Shown piece by piece: positions 26,537-38,500 of a stretch of DNA of 64,000 bases. A model generated the notes under the pieces. It worked only from the letters and a program-made list of their open reading frames with translations, was not told where the DNA came from and made no database searches. The position numbers were made by a program, and so were the translations under genes. Position 1 is the first letter of the stretch. The number at the start of each line of letters is the position of its first letter. The DNA is from Ignavibacteriales bacterium (GTDB lineage: Bacteria > Bacteroidota > Ignavibacteria > UBA10030 > UBA6906): assembly GCA_037441705.1 (NCBI GenBank), contig JBBIRR010000015.1, forward strand, positions 1 through 64,000, written 5' to 3'.

Positions 26537-28096
26537 ATGGCCATCCCAAGATTCAAGAACGAACCACTGACAGATTTCTCCAACGCCAGGAACCGCAAAG
26601 CGCAGGAAGCGGCAATCCAAAAAATCCGCAGCGAGATAGGCAAGGAATATCCGCTCGTCATAGGAGGTGAGCGCATCTTCGCGCAGGAGAAGTTCAATTC
26701 CTACAATCCCAGCAAACCGTCGGAAGTTGTCGGCGTGTTCCAGAAGGGAACCGCCGAGCATGCCAACAAAGCCATGGAGGTTGCCCTCGCGACGTTCGAA
26801 GAATGGAAGAACGTTCCGCCGAAGAAACGCGCGGAGTATCTGTTCAAGGCTGCGAAGGTCATGCGCAAACGGCGTTTTGAGCTGAACGCGACGATGATTC
26901 TTGAGGTCGGCAAGACGTGGCCCGAAGCCGATGCCGACACTGCAGAGGCGATTGATTTTCTGGAGTTCTACGGACGAGAGATGCTGCGGTACGGTGTGGA
27001 GCATCCGGTCGTGAAGATTCCCGGCGAGAAAGGCAAGCTCGTGTATCTTCCGCTGGGCGTTGGCGTCGTCATTCCGCCGTGGAACTTCGCGCTCGCAATT
27101 CTTACGGGCATGACATCTGCCGCGATCGTCACGGGCAACACCGTGGTGCTCAAGCCATCGAGCGATTCGCCCCTTACGGGATGGCGCTTCGTTGAGGTGA
27201 TGGAGGAAGTGGGCTTGCCTGCCGGTGTGCTTAACTTCGTGAGCGGTCCCGGCGGTGCCGTCGGCGACACGTTAGTGCGCCATCCGAAGACGCGTTTCAT
27301 CTCCTTCACCGGCTCGAAGGAGGTGGGCATTCACATCAACGAAGAGGCGGCAAAGGTTCGGCCCGGACAAATCTGGTTGAAGCGCGTCGTCGCCGAAATG
27401 GGCGGCAAGGATTCGATTATTGTGGATGAAGGAGTTGATCTGGATGAGGCCGCGGCCGGCGTTATTGTTTCGGCGTACGGCTTCCAGGGTCAAAAGTGCT
27501 CCGCCTGCTCGCGGGTAATCGTTCATGAAAAAATCTACGATCAGTTTGTGGACCTGCTTGCGAAGAAGGTCGAATCCATCACGGTCGGCGATGCAGCCGA
27601 CCCCAGCAACTACATGGGACCCGTGATCAACGCGCGGTCGCAGGAAAGCATTCTCGCGTACATCGAAAAGGGCATTGCCGAGGGCGGACGGCTCGTTGCC
27701 GGCGGAAAGAAAGCAGAAGGCGAGGGCTATTTCATTCGTCCCACCGTGATCGCCGACGTGGACCCGAAAGCCACAATCGCACAGGAGGAAATCTTCGGTC
27801 CCGTATTGGCCGTCATCAAGGCAAAGGATTTCGATGAGGCATTGACGATCGCCAACAACACCGAGTATGGACTGACAGGAGCGGTCTACTCGAAGAACAG
27901 AAAGCATCTTGCGCAAGCCGAAAAAGAGTTCTTTGTCGGCAACCTTTACCTGAACCGCAAGTGCACAGGCGCCCTCGTCGGCGTCCATCCCTTCGGCGGA
28001 TTCAACATGAGCGGCACCGACTCAAAGGCCGGAGGCCGGGACTACCTGCTTCTGTTCATGCAGGCCAAGTCCATCGCCGAGAAGGTGAAGAAATAG
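26537..28096 (+). CDS. pruA: Delta1-pyrroline-5-carboxylate (glutamate-5-semialdehyde) dehydrogenase
   Basis: 'FKNEP', 'EAIDF', 'PPWNF', 'EMGGKD', 'GQKCSACSR', 'PFGGFNMSGTDSKAGG'. Confidence 0.9.
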   Translation: MAIPRFKNEPLTDFSNARNRKAQEAAIQKIRSEIGKEYPLVIGGERIFAQEKFNSYNPSKPSEVVGVFQKGTAEHANKAMEVALATFEEWKNVPPKKRAEYLFKAAKVMRKRRFELNATMILEVGKTWPEADADTAEAIDFLEFYGREMLRYGVEHPVVKIPGEKGKLVYLPLGVGVVIPPWNFALAILTGMTSAAIVTGNTVVLKPSSDSPLTGWRFVEVMEEVGLPAGVLNFVSGPGGAVGDTLVRHPKTRFISFTGSKEVGIHINEEAAKVRPGQIWLKRVVAEMGGKDSIIVDEGVDLDEAAAGVIVSAYGFQGQKCSACSRVIVHEKIYDQFVDLLAKKVESITVGDAADPSNYMGPVINARSQESILAYIEKGIAEGGRLVAGGKKAEGEGYFIRPTVIADVDPKATIAQEEIFGPVLAVIKAKDFDEALTIANNTEYGLTGAVYSKNRKHLAQAEKEFFVGNLYLNRKCTGALVGVHPFGGFNMSGTDSKAGGRDYLLLFMQAKSIAEKVKK

Positions 28097-28172
28097 GCTC
28101 ACGGTTTCAGGCTCCGACAACCACAACGTCTGAACCGTCAAACCGATAGGAACCTTAAGCTCGCAACACGAG

Positions 28173-28667
28173 ATGTCTGATCTGATCACATGCTCTAATT
28201 GTGGAGGGGAAGTTACTGAGGACAGCGACTTCTGTCCCCACTGCGGCTACATGCTGACGGATGCCCGGCTGTTCTGTGAGGTTCATCCAACAAACGAAGC
28301 ATGCGGTGTATGCGTGATCTGCCAGCGGCTGGTGTGCGAGCAATGCAGCGAGGAAAGTGAGCGTCGCGTCTTTTGTCTGGATCATCTTGAGGTAGCGGTC
28401 GACGGCGATTGGGCGGAGGTATTTCGTTCTACCGATATCAATGAGGCTGAACTTGCCCGAGCGTTGTTGGAGGAATATCGCTTTCATGTGGAAGTGCAGA
28501 ACTTCGGCTCGATCGGCTACGCATGGGATGGAGGGGGAGACAGTCCGCTTTCACGTGCAAACCTCAACAGTCCCGCGAAAGTGTTCGTGCCGCTCACCGA
28601 GTATCTGAGCGCGAAGCAGCTGCTCGATGACTGGCGCGCGGGCACGCCGGAGGGAGATTCAATCTGA
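28173..28667 (+). CDS. Zinc-ribbon / B-box-like plus DUF2007-like domain protein
   Basis: 'CSNC...FCPHCG', 'CEVH...[12 protein letters not shown]...CLDH', followed by '[11 protein letters not shown]'. Confidence 0.65.
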   Translation: MSDLITCSNCGGEVTEDSDFCPHCGYMLTDARLFCEVHPTNEACGVCVICQRLVCEQCSEESERRVFCLDHLEVAVDGDWAEVFRSTDINEAELARALLEEYRFHVEVQNFGSIGYAWDGGGDSPLSRANLNSPAKVFVPLTEYLSAKQLLDDWRAGTPEGDSI

Positions 28668-28698
28668 CGTTTCTTACCACACATCATCAGGAGTTCCA

Positions 28699-29862
28699 AT
28701 GAAAGTTCACGAGTATCAAGGGAAAGAGATTCTTCGCAAATTTCATGTTGCTGTGCCGAAGGGAGCCGTAGCGTTCACGGCGGATCAAGCCGTGCAGGCG
28801 GCGCAGGAGATCGGCGGCAGTGTGTGGGTGGTGAAGGCGCAAATTCACGCGGGGGGACGCGGGAAAGGAGGCGGCGTGAAGGTCGCGCGATCACTCGACG
28901 AAGTTCGGGCGCTCGCTTCGCAGATGCTGGGCATGACGTTGGTGACGCATCAAACCGGACCGGAAGGGAAAGTTGTCAAGCGCCTCCTCATCGAGCAAGG
29001 CGTCAACATTGCGCGCGAGTTGTACGTCGGCGTGACGCTCGATCGCGCCACGTCCAGGAACGTTGTCATGGCTTCCACGGAGGGCGGCGTCGAGATCGAG
29101 AAGGTGGCTGCTGAGACGCCCGAGAAGATTCTCAAGGAGTTCGTTGATCCTTCTGTCGGCTTCCAACCTTTTCAGGCACGCAAACTTGCCTTCGGCTTGG
29201 AGCTTTCCGGCGACGCATTCAAGAACTGCGTGAAATTCCTCACCGCGCTGTACAATGCCTATGAGGCGATGGATTGCTCGCTTGCCGAAATCAACCCGCT
29301 CGTTGTAACGACCGAGGGAGACATCCTGGCACTCGATGCCAAAATCAATTTTGACGACAACGGATTGTATCGTCATCCTGAGCTCACGTCGCTGCGTGAT
29401 CTGGATGAGGAGGACCCGCTGGAGGTCGAGGCGTCCCGATCCAATCTCAACTACATCAAACTCGACGGCAATGTCGGTTGCATGGTCAACGGGGCCGGAC
29501 TGGCCATGGCGACGATGGACATCATCAAGCTGGCGGGCGGCGAGCCTGCCAACTTCCTTGACGTGGGCGGCACGGCAAGTGCCGAAACCGTGGAGGCCGG
29601 ATTCAAAATCATTCTGGCCGACAAGCATGTGAAGGCCGTTCTCATCAACATCTTCGGCGGGATCGTTCGCTGCGACCGCGTTGCGACAGGCGTGGTAGAA
29701 GCGGCGAAGAAAGTTCATGTCAATCTTCCGGTCGTTGTGCGCCTTGCCGGCACCAACGCCGACCTCGCCGCCGATATCCTTGCCAGGTCCGGGATGAACT
29801 TTCTTGTGGCGAAAAACCTGAAGGATGCGGCAGAGAAAGTCACACAGGCCATCAGAAACTGA
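28699..29862 (+). CDS. sucC: Succinyl-CoA synthetase beta subunit
   Basis: 'HEYQGK', '[14 protein letters not shown]', 'EINPL', 'NGAGLAMAT', '[10 protein letters not shown]'. Confidence 0.97.
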   Translation: MKVHEYQGKEILRKFHVAVPKGAVAFTADQAVQAAQEIGGSVWVVKAQIHAGGRGKGGGVKVARSLDEVRALASQMLGMTLVTHQTGPEGKVVKRLLIEQGVNIARELYVGVTLDRATSRNVVMASTEGGVEIEKVAAETPEKILKEFVDPSVGFQPFQARKLAFGLELSGDAFKNCVKFLTALYNAYEAMDCSLAEINPLVVTTEGDILALDAKINFDDNGLYRHPELTSLRDLDEEDPLEVEASRSNLNYIKLDGNVGCMVNGAGLAMATMDIIKLAGGEPANFLDVGGTASAETVEAGFKIILADKHVKAVLINIFGGIVRCDRVATGVVEAAKKVHVNLPVVVRLAGTNADLAADILARSGMNFLVAKNLKDAAEKVTQAIRN

Positions 29863-29919
29863 CGTGCTGCGTTCGGAGCCGTCCGCAGCGCGTAATGCAC
29901 TTCACAGAAGGATCGAAGC

Positions 29920-30453
29920 ATGAAACCCGTTACAACTGTTGACGACATTCAGGATGCCTACGTCAAGCGGATGGTGTCGAACGTGATCGGGCAGGATCCG
30001 CTGGAGGTTCTTGCACGAACGCCGAAACGCCTGCGCAAGCTTGTGAAGGGGTTGAAGAAGAAGCAACTGCGCGCTCAGCCGGTGCCGGGGAAGTGGTCCA
30101 TCGCGCAGATCGTCACGCATCTGGCCGATACGGAGATTGTGTTAGCATTTCGCCTGCGGATGACGTTGGCTCAGTCCGGGAGCCGGCTGCAGGCGATGGA
30201 TCAAGACAAGTGGGCGGCGGGCCTGAACTACGCCGACGCTGATGTTGACGAACAGGTGGAGCTGTTCTCGACGCTCCGACGAAGTCACCTCGCCCTGTGG
30301 AACTCGCTGCGTGATGAGGATTGGCACAAATACGGCATGCATGAAGAGCGCGGGAAGGAAACCGTCGAGCGCATCACGCAGCACTTCGCAGGCCACGACA
30401 TCAATCACCTGAATCAGATTGAGACGATTCGAAAATCCTTCAAGAAGAAATAA
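29920..30453 (+). CDS. DinB/YfiT-family protein
   Basis: 'GKWSIAQIVTHL', 'HDINHLNQI'. Confidence 0.85.
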   Translation: MKPVTTVDDIQDAYVKRMVSNVIGQDPLEVLARTPKRLRKLVKGLKKKQLRAQPVPGKWSIAQIVTHLADTEIVLAFRLRMTLAQSGSRLQAMDQDKWAAGLNYADADVDEQVELFSTLRRSHLALWNSLRDEDWHKYGMHEERGKETVERITQHFAGHDINHLNQIETIRKSFKKK

Positions 30454-30619
30454 TGGAAACAGTGAAGAGAGAAATCGTCGCGAGGCATTGCACGGCTGAT
30501 GAGCGGACACTCTTGATGAGGAGATGCGCGATATGAGAACGATAGTACGGCAGGAACAATCCGCAATGCATGCCTCGCAAGGAAGTGGTCATAGACGTTC
30601 GGATAGTTCAAATCCCTGA

Positions 30620-32107
30620 ATGCCGATGTCCGATCTGCGACGCGCCGAATACGAACCCATCATCGGCCTCGAAGTCCACGCCCAGCTCTTGACGAAATCG
30701 AAAGCCTTCTGCGGGTGTCCGGCGACATTCGGCGATGCGCCGAACACGAACGTCTGCCCCATCTGTCTGGGGATGCCAGGAACCCTGCCCGTCTTGAACA
30801 GGAATCTTGTGGAGTTCATCCTTCGGCTGGGCCTTGCCACCGGCTGCACGATTGCTCCGCGCTCGGTGTTTGCCCGCAAGAACTACTTCTATCCCGATCT
30901 TCCGAAAGGCTATCAGATTTCACAGTACGAAGAACCGATCTGCACCGACGGCTATGTCGAAATTGATGTTGACGCCGGGGCCCGTAAGCGCATCCGGCTC
31001 AAGCGGATTCACATGGAGGAAGATGCAGGCAAGTTGCTGCATGATGTGGGAAGCGACACGCTGGTGGACTTGAATCGCTGCGGCGTGCCGTTGATCGAGA
31101 TCGTGACGGAGCCGGACATTCGTTCGCCGCACGAAGCGTACCTTGTGCTCGGTGCGATACGACAGTTGGTGATGTACCTCGGTATCTGCGACGGAAATAT
31201 GGAAGAAGGCAGCTTGCGTTGCGATGCAAACGTGTCCGTGCGGCCGCGAGGCGCCGCGGAGTTTGGCGTGAAGACGGAAATCAAGAATCTGAACTCCTTG
31301 CGGTTCGTTGAGCGAGCGTTAGAGTATGAGGTGAACCGCCAGATACGTCTGCTCGAATCGGGCGTGGACGTGGTGCAGGAGACGATGCTGTGGGATGCCG
31401 AGCGCGGGGTTACCTACTCGATGCGCAGCAAAGAGGAGGCGCACGACTATCGCTACTTTCCCGACCCGGACCTGGTTCCCGTGCTGGTGGGTGAGGAATG
31501 GAAAGAACGCGTGCGCGCTGCCTTGCCCGAGCTGCCCTCGATGCGGCGGGATCGGTTTGTGCACACGCTCGGCTTGCCGCGCTACGACGCCGATGTATTG
31601 ACCGCAGAGAAATCCGTTGCGGACTATTTTGAGGAGACCCTTTCTGCGCTGGCTCGCCTCGGAGTCGGAGGCGGCACAGACCGGGATGCTGCCAAACATG
31701 TGAGCAACTGGGTGATGACCGATGTGCTGAGAGTGATGAGTGAGAAGAAGATCGGCCTTGAGGAGTTTCCCATTCGTCCCGAACGACTTGCCGCAATGAT
31801 TCTCCTGATTCGCCGGGGAACCATCAGCGGGACGATTGCGAAGGATGTATTTGAAGAGATGCTCACCAACCCGAACGATCCGAAAACGATCGTCGCGGAG
31901 AAGGGGTGGGAGCAGATTACGGACACGGCGGCGATCGAGAAGGCCGTTGACGACGTGCTGGCTCAATATCAACAGCAAGTTGCAAAGTACCTGAGCGGGA
32001 ATGAAAAACTGTTCGGCTTCTTCGTCGGAGAGACGATGAAGAAGATGAAGGGGAAAGCCAGCCCCGCGCTGGTCAATGCGATCCTGAAACAAAAGCTTCA
32101 GCGCTAA
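30620..32107 (+). CDS. gatB: Asp/Glu-tRNA amidotransferase subunit B
   Basis: 'IGLEVHAQL', '[17 protein letters not shown]', 'EEDAGK', 'RCDAN', 'YRYFPDPDL'. Confidence 0.97.
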   Translation: MPMSDLRRAEYEPIIGLEVHAQLLTKSKAFCGCPATFGDAPNTNVCPICLGMPGTLPVLNRNLVEFILRLGLATGCTIAPRSVFARKNYFYPDLPKGYQISQYEEPICTDGYVEIDVDAGARKRIRLKRIHMEEDAGKLLHDVGSDTLVDLNRCGVPLIEIVTEPDIRSPHEAYLVLGAIRQLVMYLGICDGNMEEGSLRCDANVSVRPRGAAEFGVKTEIKNLNSLRFVERALEYEVNRQIRLLESGVDVVQETMLWDAERGVTYSMRSKEEAHDYRYFPDPDLVPVLVGEEWKERVRAALPELPSMRRDRFVHTLGLPRYDADVLTAEKSVADYFEETLSALARLGVGGGTDRDAAKHVSNWVMTDVLRVMSEKKIGLEEFPIRPERLAAMILLIRRGTISGTIAKDVFEEMLTNPNDPKTIVAEKGWEQITDTAAIEKAVDDVLAQYQQQVAKYLSGNEKLFGFFVGETMKKMKGKASPALVNAILKQKLQR

Positions 32108-32137
32108 TTCTACCACACACCTTTCTGAGGACAAACG

Positions 32138-32902
32138 ATGCGCAAGACGATCATTGCCGGCAACTGGAAGATGTACAAGACGGTTGATGAATCCATCGAA
32201 CTCATCAACGGTCTCAAACCTCTCATCTCTAACCTAAAACCCAACGTTGAAGTGATCATCTGTCCTCCTTTCACGTCCCTCGTGGTCGCGGCCGGACTGC
32301 TCAAGGATTCGTCCATCAAGCTCGGCGCGCAAAACATGAGTGAGCACGACGAAGGCGCCTTCACGGGAGAGGTTTCGTGGAAGATGTTGAAGTCCGCAGG
32401 ATGTGAGTACGTCATCCTCGGGCACTCGGAACGCCGGCAGTACTTCGGCGAGACGAATGATCTCATCAACAAGAAAGCGAAGAAGGCTCTTGCTGGAGGT
32501 TTGAAGCCGATCATTTGCGTTGGCGAGAAACTGGAAGAGCGCGAGCAAGGCATCACGCAGCAGATTGTTTCCGCTCAGGTCAAGGGCGTCCTTGCCGGAC
32601 TCAGTGCCGATGATCTCAAACGCGTCATCATCGCGTACGAACCGGTTTGGGCCATTGGCACGGGCAAGAACGCAACGCCCGTACAAGCGCAAGAGGTTCA
32701 TCAACACATTCGAAAACTTGTGGCGCACCTCTACACCTGGAGCGTGGCCGAAGCTCTCGTCATCCAATACGGAGGAAGCGTCAAGCCTGACAATGCTGCG
32801 GACTTGCTCGCACAGGATGACATAGACGGCGCGTTGGTCGGCGGGGCTTGCCTCAAGGCAGACTCGTTTGCTTCAATTATTGGGTCAGCACCTTCCCGTT
32901 AA
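32138..32902 (+). CDS. tpiA: Triosephosphate isomerase
   Basis: 'AGNWKM', 'GHSERR', 'AYEPVWAIGTG', 'YGGSV'. Confidence 0.97.
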   Translation: MRKTIIAGNWKMYKTVDESIELINGLKPLISNLKPNVEVIICPPFTSLVVAAGLLKDSSIKLGAQNMSEHDEGAFTGEVSWKMLKSAGCEYVILGHSERRQYFGETNDLINKKAKKALAGGLKPIICVGEKLEEREQGITQQIVSAQVKGVLAGLSADDLKRVIIAYEPVWAIGTGKNATPVQAQEVHQHIRKLVAHLYTWSVAEALVIQYGGSVKPDNAADLLAQDDIDGALVGGACLKADSFASIIGSAPSR

Positions 32903-32986
32903 TGCCTTAATTTGCATTGCTTTCCCCTCACGTTTTGCTTATATTTTTTGCAAAACTCGCCCAATTTCATTGAGGTCGGTTTCTCA

Positions 32987-35593
32987 TTGTCAACACGCAC
33001 CTGGAAATTCCATCGCAGTTTGAATGTTGGCCTCCTCTTTTTCCTCGCATCAATAGTCTATCAACAATCCCTTGCCCAGTACCGATTCTTGGAAAACAAG
33101 TCCCCGCTGCAGGTGGGTGAGGACACGGGTTTCCTGCTGGATACGCCGACCCGCATTAAGATTGACCTTTCGGGAGAGTGGAGTTTTCGAATACGAGGGG
33201 GCCCGGAGGGGATGGTACACCTTCCTGCCGCTGCCGACTTTACCGGTGAGGTAACCTTCGAACGCGCATTCGCGATCAGTCCCGACGACTTTGGGAAGTA
33301 TCAGTTTCACGTCGTGGCGTTGGGGGTGAACTACACGTGCGGCATCTGGATCAACGGCGATTTCATTGCCAGCCACATTGGCGGGTACTCGAGCTTCGTT
33401 GTGCCCATACCCGAGAACGTTCTGCAGGTGGGAAAGGAAAACGTCATTCGCGTGGTGACAGACAACCGGCTCGACGCGATGAGAACGATCCCGCTTCGTC
33501 ACGGTGTAGGGGGATGGCGGAATTATGGCGGAATCTATCGTCACATCTACATTCTCGGCACCCCGAAGATTTTCATCAGCGACGTGATTGCGACGACCGA
33601 GCTGAATGCCGATAGAACTCTCGCGAAGGTGAAAGTCCAACCATTCCTTGAAGGCGGCACGCGTTCCGACACCGCCGCACGTCGTTACCAGATGTATGTG
33701 GAGCTGTATGACAGACTCTCCGGATCGCTTGTGACCGCCGCATCGCCCGTGTGGGTACGCAGGCAAGACGATAGCTGGTTCGTACCCAAAATCGAGTGTA
33801 CCGTTTCGTCGCCGAAGCTGTGGGATCTGGCCAACCCCAATCTCTATTCTCTTCGCACATATCTTGTCGATGCTGCAGCCCGGACCAACCTTGATGAATA
33901 CCGCATCAACATCGGCGTGCGAAAACTCGAGATCTCCGGCGACCGCGTAATGTTGAACGGCGTGGTCCAGCCTCTCTACGGTGTCGTCTGGTACGAAGAT
34001 CACGAGCTTTATGGGAGCGCACTTCCGGATGTGCAGATGGAAAAGGATGTTATTCTGATTAAGAGTCTCGGGGCCACGGCCATTCGCGTGGCTCATCACC
34101 CCCCTCATCCTTATATGCTGAATCTCTGCAACCGGTACGGTTTGTTGGTGTTGGAGGAATTGCCTGTGCACGATGCCCCGGTGCGCATCCTGTCGCAGGA
34201 CAACTTCATCGAGCTTGCGGGTACGATGATGAAGGATATGATCGTGCGTGATCGGAACCATCCATCGGTGTTTGCGTGGGGATTGGGTGATGAACTTGAA
34301 ACATCCGACTCGCTTGCGCGCCGGTTCGTGGCAGCGCTTGTCGAGACTGCGCGCACACTCGATGCGCGACCCGTGTACTACGGCACCCGCCTGCTGACCG
34401 GCGATGCGTGCAGCGATCTCGTGGACGTTACCGCACTGACGCTGCTCACCACCGATCCGAAAGTGTTTCGCAAGAAGATCGGGGATTGGAGGATCGCTTA
34501 TCCCCAGCGTCCGCTTCTTCTCGGCAAGATCGGCGTCGAAGTGCAGCCGGGCAACGACAACGGGTACAGCGACCCGCTTTCGGAGCAGGCGCAAGCGCGC
34601 TTTTTTTTCCAGCATATTCAACCTGCGCGCGAAGAGAACGTGGCAGGCCTGTTCGTCTGGTCGTTCAACGATTGGCGTGGAGACCGGCCTGCACTCATTG
34701 TCAACTCCGGCAACGCATGGCTGCACACGTATGGCCTGGTGAGTTCGACCCGTGAGAAGCGCCTTGCGTATGATGCCGTGCGCAACATGTTTACGGGCGG
34801 CAAGCCGCTCGCCGTGCCGATGGGGCGGAATCCGATCTCCTCACCAATCGAATTTGTCCTTGCAGGCCTTGTCCTTCTCGTCGGCACGGCCTACATGTAC
34901 AACGCCAACCGACGCTTCCGCGAGAATCTTCACCGGGCCGTGCTCAACACCTACAACTTCTTCTCCGACGTTCGGGACCAACGGATCGTCACGTTCATGC
35001 ACAGTTCCTTCCTCGGGTTTGCCGGAGCGGCAGGCATCAGCATCGTCCTGGGCAGCGTGCTGTATCGCTTCCGCAGCAACGTCGGCCTCGACAATTTTCT
35101 TTCCTATGTGCTCGTGTCCGACGACGTGAAAGCGGAGATGGTACGTTTGATTCGGGAGCCTGCCATGTTTCTGCTCGTCGGTACCGGCGTGTTGTTCGCT
35201 GCGTTGGTGGTGGTGAGCCTGCTCGTGTGGGCCCTTTCGCTGGTTTTTCGCGCGAGAATGTATCTGTATCATGCCTATGCTGTGACGATGTGGTCAACGC
35301 CGCCGCTGCTTATCCTCATTCCGGTAGGGATGATCATCTACCGGTTGTTGGAAAACCCCGTGTACCTTACGCCGACATTGCTTCTGATGGTCGTGCTTCT
35401 GGTGTGGACGTTCTTCCGGTTTTTGAAGGCGCTGTCCATCGTAATGGATGCTTATCCGATGAAGGTCTATGCCTTCGGTCTTCTCGCAGTGGCAGGTATG
35501 CTCGCGGGTGTCTATCTCTATTTCGATTACACCCAGTCGGCATCCGTGTACGTCTCGCTGTTGTACAACGATCTTCTCAGCAGGTTGCGATAG
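32987..35593 (+). CDS. Glycoside hydrolase family 2-like protein with a C-terminal multi-pass membrane domain (possibly inactive)
   Basis: 'IDLSGEW', 'NYGGIYR', 'RNHPSVFAWGLGDE'; roughly six hydrophobic helices at the C-terminus. TTG start at 32987 after GAGGT is inferred. Confidence 0.8.
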   Translation: MSTRTWKFHRSLNVGLLFFLASIVYQQSLAQYRFLENKSPLQVGEDTGFLLDTPTRIKIDLSGEWSFRIRGGPEGMVHLPAAADFTGEVTFERAFAISPDDFGKYQFHVVALGVNYTCGIWINGDFIASHIGGYSSFVVPIPENVLQVGKENVIRVVTDNRLDAMRTIPLRHGVGGWRNYGGIYRHIYILGTPKIFISDVIATTELNADRTLAKVKVQPFLEGGTRSDTAARRYQMYVELYDRLSGSLVTAASPVWVRRQDDSWFVPKIECTVSSPKLWDLANPNLYSLRTYLVDAAARTNLDEYRINIGVRKLEISGDRVMLNGVVQPLYGVVWYEDHELYGSALPDVQMEKDVILIKSLGATAIRVAHHPPHPYMLNLCNRYGLLVLEELPVHDAPVRILSQDNFIELAGTMMKDMIVRDRNHPSVFAWGLGDELETSDSLARRFVAALVETARTLDARPVYYGTRLLTGDACSDLVDVTALTLLTTDPKVFRKKIGDWRIAYPQRPLLLGKIGVEVQPGNDNGYSDPLSEQAQARFFFQHIQPAREENVAGLFVWSFNDWRGDRPALIVNSGNAWLHTYGLVSSTREKRLAYDAVRNMFTGGKPLAVPMGRNPISSPIEFVLAGLVLLVGTAYMYNANRRFRENLHRAVLNTYNFFSDVRDQRIVTFMHSSFLGFAGAAGISIVLGSVLYRFRSNVGLDNFLSYVLVSDDVKAEMVRLIREPAMFLLVGTGVLFAALVVVSLLVWALSLVFRARMYLYHAYAVTMWSTPPLLILIPVGMIIYRLLENPVYLTPTLLLMVVLLVWTFFRFLKALSIVMDAYPMKVYAFGLLAVAGMLAGVYLYFDYTQSASVYVSLLYNDLLSRLR

Positions 35594-38500
35594 ATGTATC
35601 TTTCGAAACTCGAAATCATCGGCTTCAAGTCGTTTGCGCAGAAGGTGAATCTGTCGTTCGACAGCGGCATTTCGGCCATCGTCGGGCCGAATGGCTGCGG
35701 TAAGACGAACATCGTGGATGCGATCCGCTGGGTGTTAGGCGAGCAGCGCTACAGCGCGCTTCGTTCGGAGAAGATGGAAGATGTCATCTTCAACGGAACG
35801 AAGAACCGCAAGCCCCTCGGCATGGCCGAGGCGTCCCTTGTCATCGAGAACAACAAAGGCATTCTCCCCTCCGAATACACTCAGGTCACCATCGGTCGCC
35901 GCGTGTATCGCTCCGGAGAGAGTGAGTACCTGCTGAACAAAGTCCCCTGTCGGCTGAAGGACATCTTAGATCTGTTTATGGATACCGGCATGGGCGCCGA
36001 TGCGTACTCGGTGATCGAGTTGAAAATGGTGGAGACGATCCTGAGCGACAAGACCGACGAGCGCCGCCGGCTGTTCGAGGAGGCGGCCGGTGTCACGAAA
36101 TACAAACATCGTCGCAAGGCGGCCTATCGGAAGCTCGAGGCAGTCCAGGCCGATCTCGTGCGCGTCAACGACATTGTTGCGGAAGTGCAGAAGGCCGTCT
36201 CCTCGCTCGAACGCCAGGCACGCAAGGCCGAGCAATACAATACCATCAAAGCACGCCTGCAGGCGCTGGAGATTGATGTGATGGAACGGGAGTATGCGCA
36301 GCTGGTGGGCAGGATTCAGCCGCTGGAAGAGAAACTCGCCGCGATGACGTCCGACCGACAGCGGATTGACGTTGACCTCGTGCACGAAGAGGCTCGCTTC
36401 GAGGAGATGCGCTCTTCGATGATGGAGGTGGAGAAGAGATTAGCTGAGGCGCAGCGCGATGTCAGCCTCCAGATGGAAAAGATCAACACGATCGTCCAGC
36501 AGGACCTTGTTGCCGAAGAACGAACGAAAGCGCTGCAGAACAACATCGTTCGTTACCAACAGGAACGTGACGAGTTTCAGTCGGAACGTCTTCGCCTCGA
36601 AGCGCTGGTGGATACCCTCGAGCGGGATATCGCGACGATGAAAGAGCGACACCTGCAGGTTGAGGGTGAACTGGAACGACGGAAGGCCGAAGTCGAGGAG
36701 GTGAATGCGCGGCTCGAAGCCAAGAAGGCTGAACTGGAGGAGTTGAATCTTCGCACGATCGAGCTGGTGCATGCGATTGCCGAAGAGCAAACAGAACAGG
36801 ACAGGCTGAAGGGGAGAGTGGAGAACCTCAACGGCCGGGCGATGCACGCTGCTGAAGAGAATGCTGTCTACGAAGAGGAACTCGTGCGTCTTGCGCGCGA
36901 AATCGACGAGCATGCGGCCGAAGATAAACAGCTTCGCCGCTCGTTTACCGAAGCGGAGATGCGGTTCTACAATGCCGAACGAGAAAAGAAAGACCTGGAG
37001 GAGAAGCTCGACGCGCTTCAACGAGAGGAGATGGAGGTCGAGGCCGAAACCCGGCGTCGCGCGGCACGCATCGACTTCTTGAAGGGTTTGATCGAGTCCC
37101 GTGAAGGTTTTTCTGAAAGCGTCCGCTTCCTTGCGGCATCCGAGCGGTGGAAGAAACCTGCACGGTACCTCACCGTTGCCGATGCCGTTCACGCCGACGA
37201 GCGCTACGCCGCGGCGATTGAGTCGGCGCTGGGCGAATATGCAGGCGTGATTATCGTTGACACTCCGGATGAGGCCGAGGAAGCCATCGCGCTGTTGAAG
37301 GAAGAACAGAAAGGCAAAGCGGCATTCGTCTGTCTCAATCGTGTGCCGCGGGTCGAAGCGCGGTACACCTTGCCGCGCGAACCGGGGGTCGTTGGGTGGG
37401 CAATGGATTTCGCAAAGTTCGACTCCCGGTATGCGCCGCTGTTCCGATATCTCCTGGACAGGGTGCTGGTTGTCGAGGATGCTGCGACAGCACAGAAGAT
37501 TGCGGCGCGCTATAGCGGACTTCGTTGTGTTACGGTGGATGGCGAGGCGACGACCAGTGTCGGCCTCATTCGGGGAGGCAGCAGGCGTCTCGATGAGGGA
37601 GGGATGATCGGGAAGCAGAACCAGATCGAGGCGCTGCAAGAGGAAATCAGCGCTCTCAACGAGAAGCGCTCTTCGATTCGCCGCCTGATGGAAACCCTTA
37701 CCGCGCAGCTGGAAGCCCTGCAACTCAAATCCTTTGCCGATGCCGTCAAGAACATCGAAAAAGAAATGAACGGCGTTGAGATGCGGATGGCGCAGTTGGA
37801 ATTCGAGCGTAAGCGCGCAAACGACATCATCGCAAAGAACAATGAAGAAATAGAGGTGCTGAAGGAAGAGGCGGAAAAACTTCAACAGACGATTGCTGCC
37901 GCGGCGCCAAGACTCGAAGAACTCCGGGAAGAAAAATCCCGGGTCGAGCAAGCGGTCGGCAGGGCCGTGCAGGAACGAGAACGGCTGGAAGCCGAATACG
38001 AGAGTCGAGCGAGCGCCGTGAAGGAATTGGAAATCCAGGTCGTGCAGATCAAGAGCGACGTCCAGAACGCCGAGAACGAGCTGCAGCGGAGCCGGGAGGC
38101 GATCGCCGGCATCGTTGCTTCCCTGCAGAAGCGTGATGCGGATATTGCGTCGGCAGAGCGAGATATCATCGCCACGAGGGCTGCCGTGGAGCAGAACGCG
38201 ATCCAGCTTGCCGCATTGCGGAGCGAGCTGGAAGCGCTCGAACAGCGCAAGCAGGAGGTGGAGCGAGAAAACGTTCACCTGCGCGAAGAAATGCATCGCA
38301 TTCAGCTTCGCATCAAAGATGAGCGCCGCACGCACGACGATACGCTCCAGGCCGTTCACGAGCTGGAGTTGAAAATCGCCGACCTCAAGGCAAAGGCAGA
38401 GCATCTGAAGGATCGGGCCTTCACCGAGTTCGAGATGCAACTCGAGCTGAAAACCTATCCTCCGGACGAGTTTGTGGACTTTGCGGCACTGCGCGATGAA

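Noticed and set aside
28699-29862. sucC without an adjacent sucD
   Set aside because: Separation of sucC and sucD is common in FCB genomes; not informative from this window.
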